64,000 bases of DNA from Promethearchaeota archaeon (lineage in GTDB: Archaea > Asgardarchaeota > Lokiarchaeia > Sigyniarchaeales > SOKP01). The notes beneath the pieces were generated by a model. That model worked only from the letters and a program-made list of their open reading frames with translations, ran no database searches and was not told where the DNA came from. Each line of letters begins with the position of its first letter. Positions within the stretch are counted from its first letter, which is position 1. The translations under genes and the position numbers were made by a program. Positions 19,724 through 30,074 of the stretch are shown here, piece after piece. Location of the stretch: the NCBI GenBank assembly GCA_048941625.1, contig JBHLNK010000002.1, positions 5,098 to 69,097 of the forward strand, given 5' to 3'.

Positions 19724-22413
19724 TTATTCTCCTGTTTGAGAGCAGCTTGAGCAGCAGCTATTCTCGCTACAGGAATTCGAAAAGGAGAACATGATACATA
19801 ATCTAATCCAATAGAATGGGCAAATTTAATTGAGCTTGGCTCTCCCCCATGTTCACCACACACACCTAACTTTAAATCTGGACGAGTTTTTCGACCTAAT
19901 TCAATTGCTATTTTCATCAATTTACCTACTCCCTCTTGATCAAGAATCTCAAATGGATTATTTTCCAAAATTTCTTTATTTAGATAAATTGGCAGAAATT
20001 TTCCTTCAGCATCATCTCGAGAAAAACCAAAAGTCATCTGAGTTAGATCATTTGTACCAAATGAGAAAAATTCTGCTTCAATTGCAATTTCATCTGCGGT
20101 TAATGCAGCTCTAGGAATTTCAATCATAGTTCCAAATTTGTATTCCAAATCAACACCGTAGTTACTAATTGTTTCAAGAGCTACTTCCATCAATTGTGCT
20201 TTAACCAATTGTAACTCAGAAATCATTCCTACTAAAGGTATCATCACTTCTGGAATTACATCAATTCCTTCAAGCTTGAGTTCACAAGCAGCTTGAAAGA
20301 TAGCCTTTACCTGCATTTCATTTATTTCTGGCCAGACAATTCCTAAACGACAACCCCTCAATCCCATCATGGGATTCTCCTCAGAGAGAGACCTTATTAG
20401 ACTGATTACTTTATTCTTTTTCTTGATCTCACCATCTAATGGACTTATTTCTAATAATGACCTTGATAATGCATTTGTCATTTTTAGTTCTTGATATTCA
20501 AGCTGAACTGTGGTTAGATCTGGAAGAAATTCGTGCAATGGGGGATCAAGTAATCTAATAGTGACTGGTTTTCCCTCCATGATTTTAAAAATCTCATAAA
20601 AATCCCCTTTCTGCATCGGTAAGATTTTATCAAGAGCATCTTGTCGTTCTTCTTTTGTCTTTGCTATTATCATATTCTGTACAACAGGTAATCTTTCTTG
20701 AGCCATAAACATATGTTCAGTTCTACATAATCCTATCCCCTGCGCTCCAAATTCTATTGCTTTTTTAGCATCAACAGGTGTATCTGCATTTGCTCTAACT
20801 CCGAGAGTTTTTATCTCATCTGCCATTTCTAATAATTCTAGAAATTCTCCCTTGATTTCAGGTTCAACTAAAGGTACTTTTCCCTCAATAATTCTTCCTG
20901 TGGTTCCGTCAATCGTTACCCAATCGCCTTCTTTTACAACCATTTCTGCAACCCTAAATTCTCTGTTTTCTTCATCTATTTCAACATCCTGGGCACCAAC
21001 AACAGCAGGTTTACCCATTCCCCGAGCAACTACAGCAGCATGCGAAGTTTTCCCACCAAATTGAGTTAATACACCGCTTGAAGCATAAAGACCGTGTACA
21101 TCTTCTGGTTTTGTTTGTGGTCGGACGAGAATTACCTCCTTATGCTCTTGATTAACCATCTCTTCAGCCCTATCTGAATCAAAAACTGTGATCCCTGAAA
21201 CAGCACCTGGTGATGCGTTAATACCATGAGCTAATACGTGTACAATAGAATTTTCATCAATACTCTTGAATAATAACTTAGAGACTTTTTTTGGATCGAT
21301 ACTCATAATTGCTTCTTCTTTTGAAATTAACCCTTCTTTTACCATGTCAACTGCGATTTTTACAGCCGCTGAGGGTGTTCTTTTTCCATTTCGAGTTTGT
21401 AAAATGTTTAACTTTCCATCCTCAATAGTAAACTCAATGTCTTGCATATCCCTATAATGTTTTTCCAGATTATCCATAGTTTTTAGTAATTCTTTGTATA
21501 TCTTTGGGAACTCATCTTTCATTTCTTCAAGTTTTTTGGGTGTTCTTATACCAGCAACGACATCCTCTCCTTGAGCATTTGCTAAATATTCACCAAACTT
21601 TATATTTTCTCCTGTGGAAGGATCTCTAGTAAACGCAACTCCCGTAGCAGAATTCCAACCTTTATTACCAAACACCATTGTTTGAATATTAACAGCGGTA
21701 CCAAAATCAGGAATATTATTAATTTTTCTGTAAGTTATAGCCCTTCTATTATTCCAGGATTTAAATACTGCTTCAATTGCAAGAAAAAGTTGGTTAAATG
21801 GATCTTGAGGAAATGGTTTTCCAATCTCTGTTTCATATAATGCTTTATAATCCGCAATTATTTTTTGTAAATCATTAACTTCTAAATCAGTATCTTGAGC
21901 TTTACGTCCAATAGCCCTTTTATATTTATCCAAAATCCTCTCAAACTTTTCATCCCCAATTCCCATAACTACATCTCCAAACATCTGGATAAATCTTCGA
22001 TATGAATCATAAGCAAATCGAGGATTACTAGTTTGTTCAGCTAATCCTAATACACTCTCGTCGTTTAATCCTAAATTAAGTACTGTGTCCATCATCCCTG
22101 GCATACTCATAGGTGCTCCAGAACGGACAGATACTAAAAGAGGATTTTTAACATCGCCAAATTTCTTCCCTGTTTTTTTTTCCAAGTCCTTTAGATATTC
22201 TATGACAGTTGGCTTTATTTCTTCCATTACTTTTTCTGGTTTAATAAAGTAAAGTAAGCAAGCTTCGGTAGTTATTGTAAAACCTGGTGGTATGTTAAGG
22301 CCTAAATTGGTCATTTCTGCTAGATTAGCACCTTTTCCACCTAGAATATTCTTTAGATCCTTATTTCCTTCGCTAAAATCATAGACATACTTTTTATTTT
22401 CAGTAGTCGTCAT
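19720..22413 (-). CDS. ppdK: Pyruvate, phosphate dikinase
   Basis: LGGKGANLAEM, SVRSGA..SMPGMMDT, GGKTSHAAVVARG, GLCRTEHMF, FSFGTNDLTQ, CGEHGG. Confidence 0.97.
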   Translation of the reverse strand: MTTTENKKYVYDFSEGNKDLKNILGGKGANLAEMTNLGLNIPPGFTITTEACLLYFIKPEKVMEEIKPTVIEYLKDLEKKTGKKFGDVKNPLLVSVRSGAPMSMPGMMDTVLNLGLNDESVLGLAEQTSNPRFAYDSYRRFIQMFGDVVMGIGDEKFERILDKYKRAIGRKAQDTDLEVNDLQKIIADYKALYETEIGKPFPQDPFNQLFLAIEAVFKSWNNRRAITYRKINNIPDFGTAVNIQTMVFGNKGWNSATGVAFTRDPSTGENIKFGEYLANAQGEDVVAGIRTPKKLEEMKDEFPKIYKELLKTMDNLEKHYRDMQDIEFTIEDGKLNILQTRNGKRTPSAAVKIAVDMVKEGLISKEEAIMSIDPKKVSKLLFKSIDENSIVHVLAHGINASPGAVSGITVFDSDRAEEMVNQEHKEVILVRPQTKPEDVHGLYASSGVLTQFGGKTSHAAVVARGMGKPAVVGAQDVEIDEENREFRVAEMVVKEGDWVTIDGTTGRIIEGKVPLVEPEIKGEFLELLEMADEIKTLGVRANADTPVDAKKAIEFGAQGIGLCRTEHMFMAQERLPVVQNMIIAKTKEERQDALDKILPMQKGDFYEIFKIMEGKPVTIRLLDPPLHEFLPDLTTVQLEYQELKMTNALSRSLLEISPLDGEIKKKNKVISLIRSLSEENPMMGLRGCRLGIVWPEINEMQVKAIFQAACELKLEGIDVIPEVMIPLVGMISELQLVKAQLMEVALETISNYGVDLEYKFGTMIEIPRAALTADEIAIEAEFFSFGTNDLTQMTFGFSRDDAEGKFLPIYLNKEILENNPFEILDQEGVGKLMKIAIELGRKTRPDLKLGVCGEHGGEPSSIKFAHSIGLDYVSCSPFRIPVARIAAAQAALKQENK

Positions 22414-22579
22414 GTTTCTTTACCAAAATCTTAATAATCATCAATTAGATAAAATAAAAACAACAGTATTAACTTTTATATTTTACTTTGATGATGCTTA
22501 AAAGTTATCTTATAATAGTAAAGTTTCTTTATTGAAATAAAATTTTCGAAAATGTGATCGAGAATGAACGTTAATTCAA

Positions 22580-23389
22580 TTATTTCTTATTGAAAGCATC
22601 AAGTAGTTCCCAAATTCCATTTATTATAAAATCTGGTTTATATTCACTTATCTCTATAGTTTCTAAAGTTATTTCCCCAGATAGTACACAACAGGTCGTT
22701 ACATCGGCTTCAATACCCATTTTTATGTCTGTATAAAGACGATCTCCGAACATCACAGCATCTTTAGGTGATATTTTTAACTCATTTAACTTAAAGAGTA
22801 GCATCTCTTTATTCGGTTTTCCAAAAACTCTTGGCATTCGTTCAGTGGCTTTATAAAGAAGTGCTGCTATTCCTCCTGCATCAGGGATATAACCCTTCTC
22901 TGTAGGACATCTATTATCAAGATGAGTAGCGATATATGGAAAATCCTCTTTCTGAAGAAAGTAACTTGCTTTTACTAATCGATCATATGACAATTCTTGA
23001 TCAAAGGCAAGTATTAATATTTCTGGGTTTTTTTCAGTAAGAATAAAACCTTCTTTCTCAAATTCCTCTTTAAGAGATTTAGTGCCTAATAAAAAGATCT
23101 TCTGATAGTTTTTTCTTTTAAGATAATCGATAGTTGGATGTTGTGATAATATAAGATTACTCCGAGTGATGTCTAGATTAAAATTTTTTAACTTTTTTAT
23201 ATAATCTTCAGTCGATTTACTTGAATTATTAGAAAGGAAGAAAAACTTTTTGTTTTGATCACGCAAAACCTCAATTAAATCGTGGACTCCATTAAAAAGT
23301 CGATTTCCTAGATATATTGTACCATCTAAATCAAAAAAGTAAACCTGTTTTGTTGTTAATTCGCGTAAATTAGTATTAATATTATTCAT
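22580..23389 (-). CDS. HAD-IIA (NagD-like) hydrolase
   Basis: FDLDGT, SNNS, GKP, GDRLYTD. Confidence 0.9.
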   Translation of the reverse strand: MNNINTNLRELTTKQVYFFDLDGTIYLGNRLFNGVHDLIEVLRDQNKKFFFLSNNSSKSTEDYIKKLKNFNLDITRSNLILSQHPTIDYLKRKNYQKIFLLGTKSLKEEFEKEGFILTEKNPEILILAFDQELSYDRLVKASYFLQKEDFPYIATHLDNRCPTEKGYIPDAGGIAALLYKATERMPRVFGKPNKEMLLFKLNELKISPKDAVMFGDRLYTDIKMGIEADVTTCCVLSGEITLETIEISEYKPDFIINGIWELLDAFNKK

Positions 23390-23453
23390 CTTAGAATTTA
23401 GAAGATTTTTACAATTTAATAAAAAGAAAAAAAATAATTAGAGGTTCATTATT

Positions 23454-23885
23454 CTAATAAAATTCTGTATCAATCATTGTAGTAGAAACAACTAATTCTT
23501 GCGCTGCCCGTGTAGCTCTTAAAACTTTTGCCATATCACCTTTGAGCTTAAACTTCCCAGCAAGAAGTCCACGAATTGGATCTAATTCCTTTTTTAAGAC
23601 TTGCACCCAAGCATCATAAGGTCCTGAGTAAACGTATTCTGGTTCAACTTCCTCTCCTTCCTCTACTATTCTAGCCCCTGTGCATTCACCATGATAAAGT
23701 CCTACAAACATCCTAATTTCATGGTCTAGATTTCCAGAAGGCTCTACAATAAAGAGAAAATCACCTTCCCATCCATCGGGTGGAAAACCTTCAGGTCCAG
23801 CGGCATCCTTATAATTAGCATTGTCGTTAATTGCTTTACAATATGCTTTAGCCCATTCTGGGGTTCCAAATTTCATATTATTCAC
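23454..23885 (-). CDS. SCP2 sterol/lipid-binding domain protein
   Basis: FGTPEW...LDPIRGLLAGKFKLKGDM, a typical SCP2 pattern; downstream of the acyl-CoA ligase. Confidence 0.85.
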   Translation of the reverse strand: MNNMKFGTPEWAKAYCKAINDNANYKDAAGPEGFPPDGWEGDFLFIVEPSGNLDHEIRMFVGLYHGECTGARIVEEGEEVEPEYVYSGPYDAWVQVLKKELDPIRGLLAGKFKLKGDMAKVLRATRAAQELVVSTTMIDTEFY

Positions 23886-24017
23886 TCTATATTTTTTTAT
23901 TAAAGATTTGAATATTTTATTTATTTTAAATTTTAATTGGTTTTATATATAAATTATTTTTACTCAGATAAGTAAATAAAAAAAATGAAATAAGAATTCA
24001 TTTAAGTTTTTTATATA

Positions 24018-25718
24018 TTATTTCAGTTCTCCTCTTTCTTTCATTTGAGCGATTTCCTCATCTCTAAGTTTTCGCTTAAAAATTTTCATTGCTAGAGTTA
24101 ATGGTAAAGTTTTCCGAAACTCGATATATTTTGGTACTGCATAAGGTGGAAATTTCTCTCTACAATACTCCAGAATTTCATCTTCTGTGGTATTTTTATG
24201 TCCAGGATTGAGCTGAATAAATGCTTTTACACGTTCACTTCCGGGACGTTCTGGATCTGGGAGACCGATTATAGCAACTTCATTAACTGCTGGATGTTCA
24301 TATAAGAGATCTTCAAATACTCTAGAATAAACTTTCATGCCTGATACACTAATCATATCCTTAATTCGGTCAACAATGTAGAAGTATCCATCATCATCCA
24401 TTTTCCCAATATCACCTGTTGCAATCCATCCATCTTCAGTTAATCCTTTACCAGGAGTAGGCCAGTAACCCTTCATGACTTGAGGACCTCGGACAAGAAT
24501 TTCTCCGGTGTCTCCAAATGGAACCTCTTCTCCCGTTTCGGGATCAACTATTTTAACATCAGTATCAGGAACAGGTACTCCCACACTTCTTTTAACTTCT
24601 GACATAAATCCCGTTACTTTAGAAAGCCCTGAAAGATTCAAATGAGTAACAGCTGATTCTGTCATACCATAGCCTTCTCCCAATGGTACTCCTGTTTTTT
24701 TCTCAAATCTCTCTGCGACTTCAGGAGGAAGTGCTGATGCAGCAGAGTAATAAAAAATTGGCATCTTTGGCATATCTCTCTCAGTTAGTATCATATAATG
24801 CGTAGGAACTGCACAAACCATAAAAGGACGATATTTTTTTATTAATTCCAAAATTTTATTAATATCTCTTGGATCAACCAAAAACATATTCATTCCCATA
24901 TAGATTGCTGCAAATACCATCATATGTCCATATTGATGGAATGTGGGAACACATATTAGTAACGAAGCCTTTCCCTTTATTCCTGCCTCTAATGGTTTTA
25001 TATACCATTGAAATGTTTGGATAGTAGTTGTAGTAACATTATAATGAGTCAACATTGTACCCTTTGGAACACCTGTAGTACCTCCAGTAAAAGGTAGTTC
25101 TGCTATATCTTCCTTTGCGTTTATTTCAACATCCCGTGAATTAGGTCCATATTTATTGATTAGATCTTCAAATCGTATAGCCCCAAAAGTCTCTTCGATT
25201 TCTGGTAATTTGTAATCAGGAAATATTGGTATTGGTGAAAAAATCATAGTTTTGATTGATGTTTTATCTTTTATTTGATGAACTCTTTCAAGACGTCTAT
25301 AGGAGCAAATAACAGTTTCAGCTTTGGATTCACCTAATTCATACAATAAATCTGGTGCTTTATGTAAAATACTAAGAGGAACATGAATTGCACCTATACG
25401 CAAAATTGCAAAATCACTAATTATATATTGTGGACAATTTGGAAGAATTGTTGCGACTGTATCCCCCTTTTTTACACCTAACTCTGAAAGTGCCGTTGCA
25501 AATTTATCTACTTGTAATTTCAATTCTTTATATGTAATTACGTCATCCATAAAACTAATTGCTTTACTATCAGGAAAATTAGTTGCAGTATCTTCAAGAA
25601 ATTTATATACTGAAATTTCGGGAAAGGGTTGCATTGTCTCTGCAAGTTTGAAAGGTCCAAGTTTATAACTTTTTTTCCATGGTTTATCTGCATATGTCAG
25701 TTTTTTATCTTCAGTCAT
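24018..25718 (-). CDS. Long-chain-fatty-acid--CoA ligase
   Basis: FTGGTTGVPKG, EGYGMTE, TGDIG..D.DGYFYIVDRIKD, final KIFK. Confidence 0.9.
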   Translation of the reverse strand: MTEDKKLTYADKPWKKSYKLGPFKLAETMQPFPEISVYKFLEDTATNFPDSKAISFMDDVITYKELKLQVDKFATALSELGVKKGDTVATILPNCPQYIISDFAILRIGAIHVPLSILHKAPDLLYELGESKAETVICSYRRLERVHQIKDKTSIKTMIFSPIPIFPDYKLPEIEETFGAIRFEDLINKYGPNSRDVEINAKEDIAELPFTGGTTGVPKGTMLTHYNVTTTTIQTFQWYIKPLEAGIKGKASLLICVPTFHQYGHMMVFAAIYMGMNMFLVDPRDINKILELIKKYRPFMVCAVPTHYMILTERDMPKMPIFYYSAASALPPEVAERFEKKTGVPLGEGYGMTESAVTHLNLSGLSKVTGFMSEVKRSVGVPVPDTDVKIVDPETGEEVPFGDTGEILVRGPQVMKGYWPTPGKGLTEDGWIATGDIGKMDDDGYFYIVDRIKDMISVSGMKVYSRVFEDLLYEHPAVNEVAIIGLPDPERPGSERVKAFIQLNPGHKNTTEDEILEYCREKFPPYAVPKYIEFRKTLPLTLAMKIFKRKLRDEEIAQMKERGELK

Positions 25719-25753
25719 AATTTTTCGCCCTCATTTGATAATTGAAAAAAAAG

Positions 25754-27634
25754 TTAGTAAATTTCTTTAATCGTCCACTCTAATCCTAATTCTTTTAGTT
25801 TTTCTTGAGTTGGTTTACCAGTCTGTTTATCCCAGCCTCTATAATCATAATATGCATCTAATAGTGGTTCTAAATCCACTGTTTGTCCTTTAGCAGGACC
25901 TTCAGGCATTGGTTCCTCCAAGAAACGTGCTGGAAGTGTATCATCTGCTCTAGTTAACCCTTCTCTTATACTATAGACTCTAGCTAGGTTATATAATCTC
26001 TCACCAGCTTTGGCAAAATCTTCAATAGTAAATTTATATCCTAAAAGCTTTTCAATCAAGGATGCCCAATCTTCTGATGATAAGACCATTCCCATAAATT
26101 TGCATCCACCAATCGAGTCAAACACTCCGAAAGCATCTTCAAATTCTTTAACAACTTTTGTATCCTTAGGATTTTCATTAAGGATATCATCAACCATAGC
26201 TTCTTCAACAATCATAAATGGCATTGATAAAAATGCTGGGCCCTCAATAAATCCAGTAATATGACAACCTCCTCTATTTGCGGTAGCATATGCTAATCCA
26301 GAGATTTTTGCTGCTCTACTATCATAAGCCGGAAGTTCTAGACCTTTTACTTGCATTGCAAATTTGATAGAGTTTTTTCCTAGTTTATATGCCATGTTTC
26401 TAGATCCTTCGGCAAGCATATCTCCAATACCCTCTCTTTTACTAATTTTTGATATTAAATCAACTACTAAATCAGCATTTCCAAAATTGAATTCTAATCC
26501 ATCTGTATCTTCTTTAGTTAAAATACCTTTCTCGTAGCATTCCATTGCGAAAGCAATTGTTCCTCCAGCAGAGATTACATCAAGACCATATTCATTACAT
26601 AGAAAATGAGCCATAGTAATTGCTTCTAAATCATCAACTCCACACATTGTACCTAAAGCACCAATAGATTCATATTCAGGGCCTTCCCCCGAACTCTTAT
26701 ACTTTCCCTCTTTTATCTCAGCAAGACGCCCACAAGCGATAGGACAAGCGAAACAAGGTTTACGTCCAGTCAAAATTGTTTCATTTATTGCGGTTCCATT
26801 TATTTTATCCATATTTGGAAAAACTCCAGTTTGGAAATTTCTTGTGGGTAATCCTCCTTTAACTCCTACCAAATCTACCATAGTGGCGGTTCCAAATACT
26901 TCCAAAGTCATCTTTAATAAACTTTGGTTAACCCAATCATATCTTTGTTTAGCTTCTGATTTGTATTCCTCTGGATTTGCAACCTCAATTTTAGCATTAC
27001 CTTTTGATGCTATTGCCTTTACCTTTTTAGAACCCATCACAGTTCCCATACCACATCTTCCAGCAGCTCTTCCATAGTTTGGTTTTTCGCAATCATTCAT
27101 GACCGCAGCATATTTAACTAAGTTTTCACCACCAATTCCTATACATGCCACATTAAACTTGTCTCCTATCTCATCTTTAATCATTTTAGTAGTTTCTGAA
27201 GTATTTTTACCCCATAAATGTGAAGCATCTTTAAGTTCAGCTTTTCCATCTTCAGTAACAAGATAAACCGGTTTCGGAGATATGCCTTCAAAAATTATAC
27301 CATCAAAACCAGATCTCTTGAGATCTCTGCCCCAAAACCCAGCTGAATTTGCTTCACCCCAAATACCAGTGAGTGGCGATTTTGCTATAATACAATACCT
27401 GCCCGTACTAGGCGAAGGAGTTCCTGTTAATGGTCCTGTCATAAAGATTAATTTGTTTTCAGGTCCTAAAGGATCAATTCCTTTTGGAACTTCTTCCAGT
27501 AAGTATTTAGTAGCTAATCCAGCACCTCCTAAATAAATTTTAAGTGTTTCTTCGTCTGGGAATTCTTCACTGATTTTTCCTTCTGTTAAATTAACTCTTA
27601 AAATTTTTCCCATATAACCGTAAATTTTATTCAC
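25754..27634 (-). CDS. aor: Aldehyde:ferredoxin oxidoreductase (W/Mo-pterin)
   Basis: YMGKILRVNL, KSPLTG, AAGRCGMG, CFACPIAC, GPEYE, GLD, VKGLELPAYD. Confidence 0.93.
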   Translation of the reverse strand: MNKIYGYMGKILRVNLTEGKISEEFPDEETLKIYLGGAGLATKYLLEEVPKGIDPLGPENKLIFMTGPLTGTPSPSTGRYCIIAKSPLTGIWGEANSAGFWGRDLKRSGFDGIIFEGISPKPVYLVTEDGKAELKDASHLWGKNTSETTKMIKDEIGDKFNVACIGIGGENLVKYAAVMNDCEKPNYGRAAGRCGMGTVMGSKKVKAIASKGNAKIEVANPEEYKSEAKQRYDWVNQSLLKMTLEVFGTATMVDLVGVKGGLPTRNFQTGVFPNMDKINGTAINETILTGRKPCFACPIACGRLAEIKEGKYKSSGEGPEYESIGALGTMCGVDDLEAITMAHFLCNEYGLDVISAGGTIAFAMECYEKGILTKEDTDGLEFNFGNADLVVDLISKISKREGIGDMLAEGSRNMAYKLGKNSIKFAMQVKGLELPAYDSRAAKISGLAYATANRGGCHITGFIEGPAFLSMPFMIVEEAMVDDILNENPKDTKVVKEFEDAFGVFDSIGGCKFMGMVLSSEDWASLIEKLLGYKFTIEDFAKAGERLYNLARVYSIREGLTRADDTLPARFLEEPMPEGPAKGQTVDLEPLLDAYYDYRGWDKQTGKPTQEKLKELGLEWTIKEIY

Positions 27635-27829
27635 ACCTCAAACTAAATTTTTAATCAATATTCTAATTTTTTTTTTAATTAATTAAATAGTATAATTAAT
27701 TTATTTTATTCCTTTAATTATAAAATGGTTTCTATTTTTCTTTTGAATTAATAAAACCACTTAACTTATAGAAATTACAAAAATAGTAAGTTATAGAATT
27801 TGTCAACAATAAAAATAAATAAGATTGAA

Positions 27830-28969
27830 TTAAACTCCAATCCCAATCGTATTTCCAATACCAGCAATAATTATTTTTGATCCTTTTTCTGTTCTTTTAC
27901 GAATAGCCATCTTTATTTTTTCTACAAATTTGGGAACTGATTGAGTAATTGGGCGTTTCATAGTTGTTATTGCATCCTCTAATGATTGTTTACAGATTAA
28001 AGCATCTATAGGTATTGATTCAGCTGAAGTAGATTCTTCAATGTAATGTTTTTCGATTCCGATTCCACCTATAGCTGCACCGACGCCAATTGCTATTGAT
28101 CCTGTTTTATCTCCTGTCAGTTTCAAACCAGCATCTATCATAATAATCCTTGATATTTCTTTTCCATGTTTTTCAACTAATTCTTTTATTGCTTTTCCAG
28201 GTTTTCCAACTGTTCCTCCTGGACCTTTAGCTCGAACAACAAAAATAGTTCTTTCTTCAAAATCTAATTCTTGAACAACTGTTTCTCGAGCAATTTCATT
28301 TGTAGAAACTTCCCCGTTAGCAGTGTCTCTTATAAAACTAGCTGCTACTAATGGTCCAAGTCCATCTCCTATGGGGCTACCTTCTGAAAATGCTTTTGCA
28401 GCATGATAATAAGCTTTTGCCATGCTCATAATTAATCCCAATTGATAAGAAATCTGGAGTAATAAGATCATTGATTTTGACTTCTTCCCAAGAATAAGGT
28501 AGTGTCGAATTAATCTATATATAAAATCTATAGCCATTGTCGCTTCTAATAAGTTTTCCAAGTTTGATGTTTGAACTGGATCTGCATTTGGAGCGAGAAG
28601 TTCTACTTCTTCCTTGAATCTGTTGTCTCTTACATCAACAATATGATCAAATTTAGGTACAATTCCATAAGGATCTAAAGAAACAGGAGAAATAGTAATA
28701 AATGTTATTACATCTTCTAGTTGTAACATTAAATCTTTCTGAGTTTTCTTTTTGTCAGCAAACTCTTTAAAATTGGTGATTAAAATCTCTTTACATTCGT
28801 CATTCCATTTTTTCAATTTCTCTAAAGCTGTTTGGATCTCTTTTGAAGCTTTCCATGCTTGGATTTTTTGTCCATAAAACATTGAAATAAAGATAAGTAA
28901 TAACCATAACAAAGATATAATAAGAGAAACTGGATCTGTGCTCGTGGTTGTTTGATAAATATTATTCAA
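27830..28969 (-). CDS. DUF1512-family membrane-anchored protein
   Basis: N-terminal TM, PVSLDPYGIV, PIGDGLGPLVA, KGPGGTVGKPG, IIMIDA, C-terminal GIGNTIGIG. Confidence 0.8.
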   Translation of the reverse strand: MNNIYQTTTSTDPVSLIISLLWLLLIFISMFYGQKIQAWKASKEIQTALEKLKKWNDECKEILITNFKEFADKKKTQKDLMLQLEDVITFITISPVSLDPYGIVPKFDHIVDVRDNRFKEEVELLAPNADPVQTSNLENLLEATMAIDFIYRLIRHYLILGKKSKSMILLLQISYQLGLIMSMAKAYYHAAKAFSEGSPIGDGLGPLVAASFIRDTANGEVSTNEIARETVVQELDFEERTIFVVRAKGPGGTVGKPGKAIKELVEKHGKEISRIIMIDAGLKLTGDKTGSIAIGVGAAIGGIGIEKHYIEESTSAESIPIDALICKQSLEDAITTMKRPITQSVPKFVEKIKMAIRKRTEKGSKIIIAGIGNTIGIGV

Positions 28970-29087
28970 CTCTTTTTTAAGTAAGTTTATGTTTGAAAAC
29001 TTTAACCTATTAAATTTTTATAATAACAAAATTTATTTATTCTTTTCTATTATAAAGAATAGATAAGAAGATATTGAATCAATTCCT

Positions 29088-29522
29088 ATGATTGAAGAAG
29101 AAGACGATGAGGAGATATTAAAAAAAGGAATTACACTCAAAAGTGTTTTAAAAAACTTATTCTTCATTTTACTTATAATCTTAGGTATTTTACTTATATC
29201 AATTGATTTTGGGCTTGATCCTTTAATGAGTTGGTCAATTGGATTCATGTTAATTTGTTTTGGGGCTACATTAATACAATTTCAAAAACCAACTCCTGAA
29301 CCTATTAGACAAACTTTGTCGATTCTAATCTGTAAATTATGTGGACTTACAAAAGTAAGAAACTATGAAAAAGGAGATTTTGTATTTAAGAAATTAGATA
29401 AATGCGAAAAATGTAATGATTTTATGGAGATCAAGCAAATTTATTCTGTTAAATTAAAAAGTCCCACAGAAAAAAATAAAAAGCCAGAAACCAAGAAACA
29501 AAATTTAAATGGGAAAAAGTAA
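29088..29522 (+). CDS. Two-TM protein with C-terminal Zn-ribbon
   Basis: Two hydrophobic helices, then CKLC...GDFVF...CEKC; divergent from DUF1512. Confidence 0.8.
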   Translation: MIEEEDDEEILKKGITLKSVLKNLFFILLIILGILLISIDFGLDPLMSWSIGFMLICFGATLIQFQKPTPEPIRQTLSILICKLCGLTKVRNYEKGDFVFKKLDKCEKCNDFMEIKQIYSVKLKSPTEKNKKPETKKQNLNGKK

Positions 29523-29564
29523 AATATTTTAATATAATCTTTAAATTCATTTGGTGTTTCTTAG

Positions 29565-30020
29565 ATTCTCAAAAAAGTTGGATTAGGTGGAACTTTCGAT
29601 CACCTTCATGAAGGACATAAGTTTCTTTTAAAAATTGCCTTTTCAATATCTGAGTTTGTAGAGATCGGATTAACATCTCAGGAATTATTAAAAAATAAGC
29701 TATTTTCATCTCAATTAGAAGATTTTGAAACAAGAAAGGAAAACTTAGAAAACTTTATTGAATCTATTGCTGATTTGAACAGAATAAATATTGTTCAAAT
29801 AAAAAATTGGGCTGATATGGATAAGTATGCTCAAGATCCTGATTATGAAGGATTAGTAGTAAGTCAAGAAACATATCATAATGCCGTAAAATTAAATGAA
29901 AATAGAGAAAATAAAGGTTTAAACCCTCTAGTTTTAATCGTTATACCTTTAATTAAAGATAATAACAATAATAAAATAAGTTCTACATCAATAAGAAAAA
30001 AATCAGTTGATTCAAATTAA
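29565..30020 (+). CDS. coaD: Phosphopantetheine adenylyltransferase (archaeal/eukaryotic type); real start lies upstream of the ORF-track call
   Basis: In-frame sequence upstream of 29775 reads ILKKVGLGGTFDHLHEGHK...VEIGLTS; VVSQET and KISSTSIR follow. In-frame TAG at 29562-29564, so the start is uncertain (see findings). Confidence 0.88.
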   Translation: MLKKVGLGGTFDHLHEGHKFLLKIAFSISEFVEIGLTSQELLKNKLFSSQLEDFETRKENLENFIESIADLNRINIVQIKNWADMDKYAQDPDYEGLVVSQETYHNAVKLNENRENKGLNPLVLIVIPLIKDNNNNKISSTSIRKKSVDSN

Positions 30021-30074
30021 AGAGAAAGCTAAAGTTTTTTACCGAAGCTATTTAATATTTTAAATAGTAAATAA

